Shown here: positions 9,001 to 17,955 of the stretch, one piece after another
Numbering within the stretch: the stretch's first letter is position 1
How the letters are laid out: each line of letters starts with the position of its first letter
Virus record (IMG/VR): IMGVR_UViG_3300023197_000052
Span: 1 to 38,163 of that record
Length of the DNA: 38,163 bases
Source: a virus
Lineage: Duplodnaviria > Caudoviricetes
Direction: 5' to 3' (one strand)
Notes under the pieces: model-generated
What the model saw: the letters and a program-made list of their open reading frames with translations, nothing else
The model's database searches: none
What the model was told of the DNA's origin: nothing
Program-made: the position numbers and the translations under genes

Positions 9001-9861
9001 TTAGGCCACGGTCAGCGGCAGGGTGCCCGGCGAGCCGGCGTCCGCGACGCTGAAGCCCTGCACGCTCACGCTGCCGTCCTGCTGGCGCTGGAGCTGCGAG
9101 CTGCCGGTGCGAAAGCGTGTGTTTTTGGCGGTGATGACCGGGTTCGTGTTGCCGCCGTGGGCCTGGCCGGTCACCACCAGGTCGCCGCTGCTGCTGCCGA
9201 TCAAACTCGCATCCTGCATGTTCTCCAGCGTCAGCGACGGCTGGACCGGGTAATCCTGGCCGGTGCCCACCAGGTCCGCGCCGGTCGGATACTTCAGCCC
9301 CTCGTCCTGGTCGGGTAAGAACGTGCCACGATTGACATCGATCGTCACGCCGGTGACCCCGGGCGTGGTGATCGCCGGGTGCGAGAGCGAGGCGATGTTT
9401 TGCACCTTCGTCTTGCTGCCGCTGGGCGCGGTCGTGTTGGTCGTGCTTGTGCGGGAGAAGGGGTGGGTGGAGCCGTCGGCGCTGTAGCCGAAGCCGGACA
9501 GCTCGATCGACCCATCCTGCTGCCGCTGGATGCTGAGGTTGCCGCTTTCCAGCAGCGCGTTGGCGATGGCGAACTTCTCGTTGTCGTTGGACCCGTGCGC
9601 CTGGCCGATGATCTCGATGTCCTCGACCGGCGTGGTCAACAGGTTGACGAACGCGGCGATGTCCTCCAGCGTGAGCGAAAACGTCACCGGCCAGTTTCCG
9701 GGCGTGCCGATGTTGTCGGCGCCCACCGGATACGCCTCGCCCTCGTTCTGATCGGCGATGAAGGTGCCCTCGTCGTAGTCGATCGACGCCTGGGTGATGC
9801 CGGGGTAATCGGTCGTCCCCTTCGTAAAGCGGACGATGTTTTGGATCTTGACTTTGGCCAT
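9001..9861 (-). CDS. Putative major tail (tube) protein with internal tandem duplication
   Basis: Between tail terminator and tape measure; AGGAG RBS; the two halves share QNI, PG(I/V)T, GTF..DQ.EG..YP.GAD..GT, SLTLE, GQAHG and QRQQDGS. Confidence 0.7.
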   Translation of the reverse strand: MAKVKIQNIVRFTKGTTDYPGITQASIDYDEGTFIADQNEGEAYPVGADNIGTPGNWPVTFSLTLEDIAAFVNLLTTPVEDIEIIGQAHGSNDNEKFAIANALLESGNLSIQRQQDGSIELSGFGYSADGSTHPFSRTSTTNTTAPSGSKTKVQNIASLSHPAITTPGVTGVTIDVNRGTFLPDQDEGLKYPTGADLVGTGQDYPVQPSLTLENMQDASLIGSSSGDLVVTGQAHGGNTNPVITAKNTRFRTGSSQLQRQQDGSVSVQGFSVADAGSPGTLPLTVA

Positions 9862-9899
9862 CGTTTGGCTCCTGGCTGTTGGCTGTTGGCTGTTGGCAG

Positions 9900-10337
9900 C
9901 TACGTGCTTTGCAGGTTTCGTTCGTATTCGATCGTGTAATCGCAGCCCACCACCGCGTACGTGCCCTGCCGGTCGTCAAGAGTCAGCCACTGCACGCCCC
10001 CGGACGCTTCCTCCATAAAGTGAATGTTGGTTTGTCCCGTAAATAACTTTTCGATCTGCGGCTCAAGCTTCTCCCACGTGTCGGTCGCCTGCTCGAACGC
10101 GGTCGCGCGGTCGCTGCCGTCGATCGGCACGATCGCGGCGATCGAGACCAGTAGCTGTCGGCTGACCATCCCCTCGCCGATCTTGGTGCCCTGGTCCTGG
10201 CCGGGGATGACGTTGACCAGGACGCCGCCGCGATCCGAAGGCATTTGCTGCTCGGTCTTGATCCGATCAGCATCGACCCCGCCCTGAGCGAGGGTGGTGC
10301 GGATGGTCTCGAGGATGGTCTTGCGCGTGCTGGCCAT
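9900..10337 (-). CDS. Putative tail terminator/completion protein
   Basis: 145 aa, MASTRKTIL..I..TL N-terminus and C-terminal YTIEY strand; synteny. Confidence 0.65.
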   Translation of the reverse strand: MASTRKTILETIRTTLAQGGVDADRIKTEQQMPSDRGGVLVNVIPGQDQGTKIGEGMVSRQLLVSIAAIVPIDGSDRATAFEQATDTWEKLEPQIEKLFTGQTNIHFMEEASGGVQWLTLDDRQGTYAVVGCDYTIEYERNLQST

Positions 10338-10407
10338 GGTTGGCTTTTGGCTATCGGCTGTTGGCTGTTGGCGTTTGGCGGCCGGTTAAACGATGATTAA
10401 ATACCCA

Positions 10408-11031
10408 TTACGTCTCCTGGATCGCGCCTTGCAGCAGCGTCGCGAGGCGCTGCTGTTTGTCCTGCGCCGCCTGGCGCAGCGCGTCGGTGCCGTGCACGGT
10501 CACGCGCTTTTTCAAGGCAAACAGCGGCCGGAGCTTGCCCGAGCCGGGGTCGCGGTTGAAGCCGATCAGGTTGCCCGCGCTGGAGCGCTGGATGAAAAAG
10601 TTTTGCTGCTGCATCGCCTCGCGCGGCGTCGTCTTGGCGCCGCCGCGCTTCGATCGGTTGTCGCCGATCGGAATCCACAGGTGCTTGGCGTTTTTCGGCG
10701 TGATCGTCACGTCCTGGTCGCCGAGGATCGTCGGCGCGTAGCGCGAGGCGGGCCCTTGCGTCACCCCGACGAACCCGGACAGCGGCGGCCGGTCGAGGTC
10801 GTGGCTGATCGAGCGCCGCAGATTGCCCGAGCGCAAGCCCACGGGTGTGCTGCCGCCGGCGCCGCTGCCGGCCGGGGCCGATAGGTAATTGATCTTCAGG
10901 TGGTTTTCGACCTCGATCAGCCCCTGCTGCAACCGCCGCTGCAGCGCATCGAGCAGAGCGCGCGGCCGGCGAGCGCTTTGCTCGATCGTCCGCTGCGACT
11001 GTTGGCTCAGGCTGATGCGTAGTTGAGTCAT
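10408..11031 (-). CDS. Virion morphogenesis / neck protein (HK97 gp10 / Mu gpG-like)
   Basis: RSGNLRRSI, YA..I.G..TITPKNAKHLWIP motifs. Confidence 0.7.
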   Translation of the reverse strand: MTQLRISLSQQSQRTIEQSARRPRALLDALQRRLQQGLIEVENHLKINYLSAPAGSGAGGSTPVGLRSGNLRRSISHDLDRPPLSGFVGVTQGPASRYAPTILGDQDVTITPKNAKHLWIPIGDNRSKRGGAKTTPREAMQQQNFFIQRSSAGNLIGFNRDPGSGKLRPLFALKKRVTVHGTDALRQAAQDKQQRLATLLQGAIQET

Positions 11032-11062
11032 TGGCTTTTAGCTTTTAGCGGTTGGCGGTTGG

Positions 11063-11437
11063 CTACGCTTGTTCGGTACCTTCGACACTTCGGCTGACCC
11101 GGTCGCGCGTGCGATCGTGCAACCGGTGCAGCGCTTCCTCGATCTTGGTGATGGCGATCGCGTTTTCGCGGCACGGGTGGCTGCCCAACTGAAAACTGCG
11201 AAGCCGATCGAGCACGATCGACAGCAAGCATTCGTTTGTTACGCCATTGACGCCCGCTTCGCACACGGCCCCTTCTTGAAATTCGATCTCCTGCAAAAGC
11301 GCTGGTGTCGATCCACGCGTTTGAATGTTGTACCGGTGCTGAGCCCCGCCGGCGCCGGCTTCGTCGCAGACGACAACGTCAAGCAAATCGGCTTTCGTGC
11401 CGGTGTGGTGATCGTGAAGAAACCGTTCGCTGCTCAT
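11063..11437 (-). CDS. tad1: Tad1-like (Thoeris anti-defence, Acb2/Tad1 sponge family) protein
   Basis: 124 aa, AGGAG RBS; IEFQEG....GVNGVTNECLL.IV.DRL..FQ....CRENAIAITKIEEAL..L..RT.DR..R.VEGT matches the Tad1 pattern as I recall it. Confidence 0.8.
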   Translation of the reverse strand: MSSERFLHDHHTGTKADLLDVVVCDEAGAGGAQHRYNIQTRGSTPALLQEIEFQEGAVCEAGVNGVTNECLLSIVLDRLRSFQLGSHPCRENAIAITKIEEALHRLHDRTRDRVSRSVEGTEQA

Positions 11438-11503
11438 CTGATGTTCTCCTGGTTTTCGCGTTTTGCTTACCACTTGGCCACTTGGCCACGCTTCACTCCG
11501 CCC

Positions 11504-12118
11504 TCACATCAATCGCTTGTATCGCATCACCGCGTCGTGCAGCGCGAAATGGATTTTCGTCTCCGCCAGGCTGACCCCGCCCTGGTCGCCGAGGTCCAGC
11601 TCGCGGACGCCGGCGGTCTTTCGGTTCTGCCACAGCCGGATCGCCTGTTGGACAACGCCGTGTTTCAGTTCCGGCGGCGGCGCTTGCGCCTCGGCGGTCG
11701 GCGCGTTCTGGCTCGGGTCGTAAAAGCCGGCGGTGTATGTCACGCGCAAACATTTGACCCGCGCGAAGAAGCGCCGGCCGACCGCTTCGAGCATGCCCAG
11801 CTCGTCGCTGGCGATCACGTAATCGTCGGGGTCGGTCAAAATCTCGGCGTTGTTGTCGAAGTCGCTGTCGTTGCCCGGCCAGTAAAGCTGAGCCAGCTCG
11901 CTGATCGACTCGATCGGCACGGTGCTTAGCCTGATCCGATGCGTGTGGGCCGGCACCTTGTGCGGGTACTCTTTGATCGAGGTCGCGCGCTGCAGCTTGA
12001 CCTTCGCCAGCTCCTCGGCTTGGGCGGAAGCGGCCTGGATGAGCGTGGTCGCCAGCGCATCGTCGTCGTTGCTGGCCCAGCCCATCTGATCCTTGAGTTG
12101 TTGCAGCGTGGCGAGCAT
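11504..12118 (-). CDS. Head-tail connector/adaptor (gp6-like)
   Basis: LATLQQLK..., LIQAAS..AE, LRVTYTAGF...PPELK.GV motifs. Confidence 0.85.
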   Translation of the reverse strand: MLATLQQLKDQMGWASNDDDALATTLIQAASAQAEELAKVKLQRATSIKEYPHKVPAHTHRIRLSTVPIESISELAQLYWPGNDSDFDNNAEILTDPDDYVIASDELGMLEAVGRRFFARVKCLRVTYTAGFYDPSQNAPTAEAQAPPPELKHGVVQQAIRLWQNRKTAGVRELDLGDQGGVSLAETKIHFALHDAVMRYKRLM

Positions 12119-12182
12119 GGTTGGCTGTTAGCTTTTGGCTTGTGGCTGTTGGCCGTTGGCCGTTGGTAAACCGGACACTTCT

Positions 12183-12506
12183 TCACTCGGCGCCTTGTCC
12201 CTCGGTCCCTCGGTCCCTTGGTCCCTGCACCCGGCTGTCGCCGGGCACGGTGCCCAGCACGCGGTGGTTGGCGGCGACGCGTTTTCCGTCCGTGTCACGC
12301 GACTCCGTCAGCTTGTCGTGCTTGATCGCCTGTTCGTACTCGGCGCGCGTCATGTGCAGGATTTCGTTCTTGCCGCCGAAATCTTTCACCGGCTTGAGCA
12401 GTTGCACCTTGAGCATGCCGGGCGCGATCTCCGCCTCGTACGGCTTCTGCGTCACGGTGGTGTCGGCCGCTTCGGTTTGCTTCCGGGGGTTCCGGGGGTC
12501 AGCCAT
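12183..12506 (-). CDS. Hypothetical head-associated protein
   Basis: ATG 12506 preceded by AAGGA; 107 aa; C-terminus runs into octamer repeats. Confidence 0.55.
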   Translation of the reverse strand: MADPRNPRKQTEAADTTVTQKPYEAEIAPGMLKVQLLKPVKDFGGKNEILHMTRAEYEQAIKHDKLTESRDTDGKRVAANHRVLGTVPGDSRVQGPRDRGTEGQGAE

Positions 12507-12660
12507 GGCGGTATTCCTTTTGGTCGGGTGCCTCGCGCCGCTGCTGGTCGGTGGGGAACTGGCGATCGTTGGCCTGATCTTCGAGCCGGCCGCTGTCGCC
12601 TCCGTCGCGGACGCGCTTGGTTCGATCCGGCTGGTTCCCAACTCGTGCACGATCGTTCAT
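12499..12660 (-). CDS. Possible small hypothetical protein
   Basis: ATG preceded by AAAGGGA; 53 aa; fills the gap in the operon. Confidence 0.35.
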   Translation of the reverse strand: MNDRARVGNQPDRTKRVRDGGDSGRLEDQANDRQFPTDQQRREAPDQKEYRHG

Positions 12661-12800
12661 CGAATCCCTTTCAATCCTTGTTTGGCGAGCCAATGGCCAA
12701 CGGCCAAAAGCCATTCCCTTCCGGGGGAAGCCGATCGATTGCCGCTAAACAACCGATCGACTGTCGCGGCCACCCGTTAGCGGGCGAGCGCCTACGACGA

Positions 12801-13004
12801 TCACGATGCCTGCCGCTCGACGATCTCGTATTGATGATCGAGCAGCCCGTTCTCGGCGATCTTGGCGTCGCTCATCGTGTAGGTGCCCTCATCGAGCACG
12901 ACGCCGTTGGGTGTGACCACGCGGCGCGGCACGCGCACCTTGTGGCCCTTGGCGCTGTTGCGGCCGTCCTGTTTCTGCTTCTGGTTCTGCTGGCTCTCGG
13001 CCAT
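12801..13004 (-). CDS. Small hypothetical protein after major capsid
   Basis: MAESQQNQ start preceded by AAAGGA; 67 aa. Confidence 0.55.
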   Translation of the reverse strand: MAESQQNQKQKQDGRNSAKGHKVRVPRRVVTPNGVVLDEGTYTMSDAKIAENGLLDHQYEIVERQAS

Positions 13005-13048
13005 CACGGTTCCTTTCGGTTGACGGTTGTTTTTCGGTGCGGTTAAAG

Positions 13049-13088
13049 GGCTGTTGGCCTCTGGCCAAAAGCCAAAGGCCAACAGCCA
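13049..13088. other. Hairpin built from inverted heptamer repeats downstream of capsid gene
   Basis: GGCTGTTGGCCT...AGGCCAACAGCC inverted arms; possible mRNA-stabilising or attenuating structure. Confidence 0.45.
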
Positions 13089-13103
13089 ACGGCTCAATCA
13101 GGC

Positions 13104-14369
13104 TTACGCCGAGGTCTGCACGGCGGCGATCACCTCGCCGTCGCCGGCGCCGTCGATGTTGATGGCGTAGCGGCGGGTGGAGAGCATCGCCGTCTGGTCG
13201 GACGAGAACTTGAACGACGGATCGGCGCGGAAGCTGAAGGCGCGTCGATCGCCGAACCGGGCGCCCATGCGCAGGTTGCCGATCACGGCGCTGATCTGGC
13301 TGGCGCTGGAGCTGTTGGGCATGATGTCGGTAAGGACCACCGGATAGCCCATGAACAGCGGCCGTCGCCGGCCCTCGATCTCGCCGGCCGTCACGCCGCC
13401 GGCGCTCAGCATCAGCCGCACCATGACCAGCCAGTAGTATTGCTGGCTGCAATACCAGGCGAGCTGGCCGCCGCCGAACGCGCGGCTGGAGAGGTAGCTC
13501 ACCGCCTCCTCGTGATCGGCGAGGGTGAGCGCGCTCCAAGTACTGCCCGAGCCGGTCTTGATCTGACCGATGGCCAGTGCACTGAGAATGCCGGTCACCG
13601 AGTTAAACGACGCCGTGCCGTCGCCCCTGAAGCCGGCGTCGTCCACCGCCTTGGCGTGGCTCATGGCCATGTCGTCGGCGATCATCTCGGCGATGGCGAT
13701 GATCGCGTCCTCGGTCACCTCGTTGTTGACCTCGGTATAAGCGCCCCACTTCTTGGCGGTAAGCGTCTTGCTCGACAGCGTCGGGCTGGCCGAGCTGAGG
13801 GCCGAGCCCTCGGTCATGGGCGAGGCGCCGATACGGCCGGTCTTCTTGGTGTAATTGAGCACGTCGGTGGACATGGGCATGGTCATCGCCGCCGGCTCGA
13901 ACACGCCGTAGGTCTCCAGCAGGTTGACCATCGTGGTCACCCACTGCTCGGGGATGACGGCATCGGCGTTGGTGGTGCTAAACGCCTTGGTGCCCATCGC
14001 GTCGAACACCTCTTTGTGCTCGCTCTTGAGCGACTCGATGGCCCACTCGGCGCCCAGCACCTTGCCGGCCATCGCCAGGCCGAAGGCGCGGGCTTCGTCT
14101 TCGCTTTGGAAGTGGCCGCGATAGTGGCGCGACCCGCCGCCGGCGATCGACTCGATGCGCTTGAGCCGCTTGGTGATGTCCTTTTGCAGCGCGTCGTGGT
14201 TCTCTTCGAGCTGCTTGACCGCATCGCGCACTTCGGTCAACGACTTCTCGTCGGCGACGTGGGCCATCAGCTCGCTGATGCCCTCGGCCGGCGACTTCTC
14301 GCCGGCGTCCACTTTGTCGATGATGTCCCGCATCTCCTGCGGGAGCTGCTTTTGTTGTGTGTCAGGCAT
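13104..14369 (-). CDS. Major capsid protein, HK97 family
   Basis: 421 aa, coiled-coil delta-like N-terminus, VIPEQW, EG, KKWGAYTEVNNE, FRGDGT..GIL, LFMGYPV, GNL motifs; AAGGA RBS. Confidence 0.92.
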   Translation of the reverse strand: MPDTQQKQLPQEMRDIIDKVDAGEKSPAEGISELMAHVADEKSLTEVRDAVKQLEENHDALQKDITKRLKRIESIAGGGSRHYRGHFQSEDEARAFGLAMAGKVLGAEWAIESLKSEHKEVFDAMGTKAFSTTNADAVIPEQWVTTMVNLLETYGVFEPAAMTMPMSTDVLNYTKKTGRIGASPMTEGSALSSASPTLSSKTLTAKKWGAYTEVNNEVTEDAIIAIAEMIADDMAMSHAKAVDDAGFRGDGTASFNSVTGILSALAIGQIKTGSGSTWSALTLADHEEAVSYLSSRAFGGGQLAWYCSQQYYWLVMVRLMLSAGGVTAGEIEGRRRPLFMGYPVVLTDIMPNSSSASQISAVIGNLRMGARFGDRRAFSFRADPSFKFSSDQTAMLSTRRYAINIDGAGDGEVIAAVQTSA

Positions 14370-14414
14370 GAGATTCCTTTCGTGGTTTAAGGGACCGCCC
14401 GATCGTGGGCGGGA

Positions 14415-15482
14415 TCAGCCCCAGCCGCTCTTTTTCTGCGAGTGGCGTGGGTTCTTCCGGGGGTCACCGTCGCCTTCCGCTTGCGCGGACGCTGACGTTC
14501 CTGGGACACCGTGGCGTGCGACCGACTCGGCGACGGTTTCAATGAGCCGGCCCACGGGGCCATCGGGGTCCGGGTCCGCCAGTTCGTTTTTGATCGCGGT
14601 TTTCACCGCGTCGTTGATCTGCTTTTGTGTCGGCGTGTTTTGACGCCAGAGCTTGACGCTGTTTGCGCCCTGGTTCTCTTGGTCGCGGTCGGCCAAGCTC
14701 TGAAGCTCGCTAAAATCGAGGTCGAGCGCATCGGCGATCGCCCGCAGGACGTTGTCGGGCGGGCGAATGATCTCGCCTCGCTCGATGCCGCCCAGCGTGC
14801 TCTGGTCAATGGGCAGGTCAGCCGCGACGTCCGCGAGCGTCATTTCCCGTTCTTCGCGCCGCGCCCGGATGCGCTGGCCGAGTTGCTCGCCTTTGGTTTT
14901 TGGATTCATCTTGCTTCCTTTTGCGAGGGCTTCCTGGTTCGCCGGCACACTCACCGCGCTGATCTCGATCAGCTCGATCTCGGTGAAGACGCGCACCTTG
15001 CGCGTTTCGCCGTCCACCTCCATCTCGCGCATCTGCCATTCGTGGACGATGAAGCCGACGCTCACCGCGCGCTGCACGCCCTGGCGGTAGCGCTGCCAAT
15101 ACCGCTCGGCGAGCTCGTCGTTGGTCATGAACTTCGCCGTGCCGCGCAATTGATTCTGCGACAGCTCGAGCGCCTGCCACTGGCCGATCGTCGTCGGCTC
15201 GCCGCTCACGCCCACGTGCATGTGGCCGGCAAGGAGGACGGGGTTGCGCTCGAAGCGGTCGAGCGCACGGCGGAACGCGGCCGGCTCGATCACCTCGCCA
15301 AAACGGTCGATGTCGTTGGTCGAACAAACAAAGCGGATCGTCCGCTCGTTTTCGTCGATCGAATCCGGCTGAGCGAAGGCGCGCGCCGCGCCGCGATCGC
15401 CCTGGCTCGGCTCGACCGACTTGGCGAGCGGGTTCAGCCAGCGCTGCTGAGCGTCGGCGTATTTATGCGCTTGATGTGGCAT
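14415..15482 (-). CDS. HK97-family prohead protease fused to an XRE-type HTH domain
   Basis: IDRFGEVI, NPVLLAGH, AVSVGF, LIEISAVSVPAN protease motifs, then LGQRIRARRE...TLADVA...STLGGIERG...LRAIADAL. Confidence 0.88.
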   Translation of the reverse strand: MPHQAHKYADAQQRWLNPLAKSVEPSQGDRGAARAFAQPDSIDENERTIRFVCSTNDIDRFGEVIEPAAFRRALDRFERNPVLLAGHMHVGVSGEPTTIGQWQALELSQNQLRGTAKFMTNDELAERYWQRYRQGVQRAVSVGFIVHEWQMREMEVDGETRKVRVFTEIELIEISAVSVPANQEALAKGSKMNPKTKGEQLGQRIRARREEREMTLADVAADLPIDQSTLGGIERGEIIRPPDNVLRAIADALDLDFSELQSLADRDQENQGANSVKLWRQNTPTQKQINDAVKTAIKNELADPDPDGPVGRLIETVAESVARHGVPGTSASAQAEGDGDPRKNPRHSQKKSGWG

Positions 15483-17955
15483 GATCGGCTTCCTTGCTTG
15501 GTTGGGGCGTTTGCTCGCGGGCGTCCAACTGCGCCAGCCTTCCGGGGGTCGTCACACCGAAGGCGAGGATTTTTTCGATGGCGTCCTCCATCGATTTGAC
15601 CTGGTCGTCGGGGAACCGGCTGATGCTGGTGCAGCCGCAGCTGATGTCCTGCTCGGGCACGCCGACGGCGCGCGGGTGGGGCGCGGTGTGGATCGTGCCG
15701 ACGATCTGAAAGTCGTCATCGCGCGGGATGGGATCATCCATCGTCGCCCGCTCGGTCGCGGCATGTTCGGGCCGGCCGGTTTCCTTGTGGCTCCAGAGCC
15801 AGCTTTTCATCGGCACATTCGCCTGATCTTTGCCGACAGCGCGCGACTCTTCGACCGCACTAGACGTTTCCTGAAACGCCACGGTGCGCGCCCGGGTGCC
15901 CTCGACGTTCATCCGCTTCTTCACGCGCTCGCCGAGCTGCTCGATGTTTTCGCCCGCTTCTAGGCCTTCGGCGAGATCGCTTCGCACGCGCTCGGCGACG
16001 CGGCGCGGCTGGCCCTTGATCTGCACGCGGCGCCGCCGGATCGCGGCCTGCGCTTCTTCGTCCCGGATATTAAATTGGTCCGCTTCTTCGGCGCCGGTAA
16101 TCGCGGCGACCTCGTCCATGATCTGCTGGCCGCCGAGCCGGACGCTCTCGCGCACCAGCGGGCCGGTGACGCTGAGCAGGTCGTTTTCGGCGGCGACGAC
16201 ATCGAACATGATCTCGGCGATCACGTCCTTGGCGCCGACGGGCAAGTCAAACACGCGCTCGTGCTTGGCACCCGTGTCCGGCTCGTGCCAGACCACGCCG
16301 AGCTGCTCGCCGTGCGCCTCGCTTAGCGCCTTGCGGCCCAGTGTCCGATCGAGGTTCTTCAAAATAGCGCGCCGCCACTTTTGCACGCGTCCGCGATACT
16401 TCTTTTCGAAGCTCTTACGGATGCCGTCCCAGCTTGCGCGCCACTGCGCCCACAGGCGCTGGCGTTTCTCCGGCTGCTCGTCCGGCGCCTCGACGGTCGG
16501 CGGATCGTCCGCGCGCTGTCGCCACGATGCTTCTGATGAATCGTCCGGCTCGGCTTGGTCGCCTGGCTCATCATTTTCGCCGGGCATCGGTTCGCCGATC
16601 TGGATTTCGGTCGCTTTTTGCCAACCGGTCTTCTGCCAGTCGTTGATGGGCAGCCCCAGGTCAAAGAGCTCGATCGCGTCGGCCGGCGTCGCCTTGAGTC
16701 GATCGACCATCTGCCCTGCCGTTTCGACGCGCGATGCGATCGTCTCTTTGACCGCGGGCACGTTCGACGAGTCGAACCAACTGACAAGCCGGCGGTTTCG
16801 CCGCGTCATCTGCTGCCGCGCTTTGAGGTGGCCGGGGCAGGCGCGTTGCTTGGGATCGGCCAGGCGGCGTGCGTGTTTCATCGCATCGCGCATCGCGATC
16901 GACCGATCGTCGGCGAAGCGTGCCACGATGCCTTTGTCGAAATGGCCGGCCAGCCAATCGGCCAACGGCAGAATGCGATCGATCCAGGCCGAATCCTTGG
17001 CCGACTTGACGTACTCGAAGCGGCCGCCTTCTGGCGAAAAACCGATGGCGGCTTTGTCGATGCCGTAGGCGGCGCAGATTTCCTCGACGCTCGTCCGGCG
17101 AAGCGTGGAAAACTCCATCTCGGAAAACGTCGCTTGCGTGCGCTCGAACTTGAGCCCGCCTTCCAAAAGCATGAACCGGCGGCGGTTTTGCGCGCCCGCG
17201 TGTTTCTCGTTGACTTGTTGCCGGATTTGGTTGCGCTGCTCGTCGGTCAGGCTGCTGTCAGTTTGCAGCGCGCCGCCGGGCTCGACGTCGTTGTCCAGGC
17301 TGTTTTCGTTGGCGCTGTCGGCTTTCCAGACCTGGTTGATCGCGCGCTTGACGACATCGAGGATGCCCACGCCCGTGTGTGGCTGGTTCGTGTCGAACGC
17401 GGGCACGTCGATGCGCCATTGCTCTTCGGGTTGGATCGTGAGCCGCTGGCCCTGGCTGCCGGCGGGTCGGTACGTGTAGCTGGTCACCTCGCCGCTCGTT
17501 TTGTCCACCTCCGGGGTCATCTGCGGCGCGCCCACCGGCAGCATCTCGGTGGGTTGGTTGCCGCGCATCTGAGTAAAGACCCAGTGCACGCGGCCGGTGA
17601 GCATCAGCCAGCCGGCGGTTTCCAACCAGAAATCGTCGCCGCTCACACCGGGGGCGGGGTTGTCGATCAAATCAATGATCGGCCCCGACTCCAAAAGCTC
17701 GTCGTTGGCCGTGGAGACGTTAAACGGCAGGCTGGCGATGGCGCCGGCGATGAACTGGGTGGCGCGGAACACGGCGGCGATCTGCTGGTACGGGTGACTG
17801 GGCCCGCGGTTTCGATTCGCCGGCCAGGCGCCGTGCTCGATCAGGTTGGCCCACGCCTCGACGCTCATGGACTGGGCGCTTTTGCCGCGCACGTGATCGG
17901 CCCACGCCTGAAGCGCGCTCTCGGTGGCCGCAAATTGTCGTCCGATCGTGGCCAT
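15463..17955 (-). CDS. Portal protein (HK97-type) fused to a Mu gp30/F-like head morphogenesis domain
   Basis: IASLP, NP, LTGR, LEGGLKF, EICAAYGI portal motifs; C-terminal RARTVA..ET...KSW...R.EH...P.....SCGC motifs. Confidence 0.85.
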   Translation of the reverse strand: MATIGRQFAATESALQAWADHVRGKSAQSMSVEAWANLIEHGAWPANRNRGPSHPYQQIAAVFRATQFIAGAIASLPFNVSTANDELLESGPIIDLIDNPAPGVSGDDFWLETAGWLMLTGRVHWVFTQMRGNQPTEMLPVGAPQMTPEVDKTSGEVTSYTYRPAGSQGQRLTIQPEEQWRIDVPAFDTNQPHTGVGILDVVKRAINQVWKADSANENSLDNDVEPGGALQTDSSLTDEQRNQIRQQVNEKHAGAQNRRRFMLLEGGLKFERTQATFSEMEFSTLRRTSVEEICAAYGIDKAAIGFSPEGGRFEYVKSAKDSAWIDRILPLADWLAGHFDKGIVARFADDRSIAMRDAMKHARRLADPKQRACPGHLKARQQMTRRNRRLVSWFDSSNVPAVKETIASRVETAGQMVDRLKATPADAIELFDLGLPINDWQKTGWQKATEIQIGEPMPGENDEPGDQAEPDDSSEASWRQRADDPPTVEAPDEQPEKRQRLWAQWRASWDGIRKSFEKKYRGRVQKWRRAILKNLDRTLGRKALSEAHGEQLGVVWHEPDTGAKHERVFDLPVGAKDVIAEIMFDVVAAENDLLSVTGPLVRESVRLGGQQIMDEVAAITGAEEADQFNIRDEEAQAAIRRRRVQIKGQPRRVAERVRSDLAEGLEAGENIEQLGERVKKRMNVEGTRARTVAFQETSSAVEESRAVGKDQANVPMKSWLWSHKETGRPEHAATERATMDDPIPRDDDFQIVGTIHTAPHPRAVGVPEQDISCGCTSISRFPDDQVKSMEDAIEKILAFGVTTPGRLAQLDAREQTPQPSKEADHATSSA

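Noticed and set aside
17403-17430. Possible self-target: CC GA GA CA TG CG of the last array block matches portal codons CCC GAA GAG CAA TGG CGC in NN-x register
   Set aside because: Only 6 of 14 dinucleotides (12 nt) match and the flanks do not; plausible by chance given the many patterns tried.
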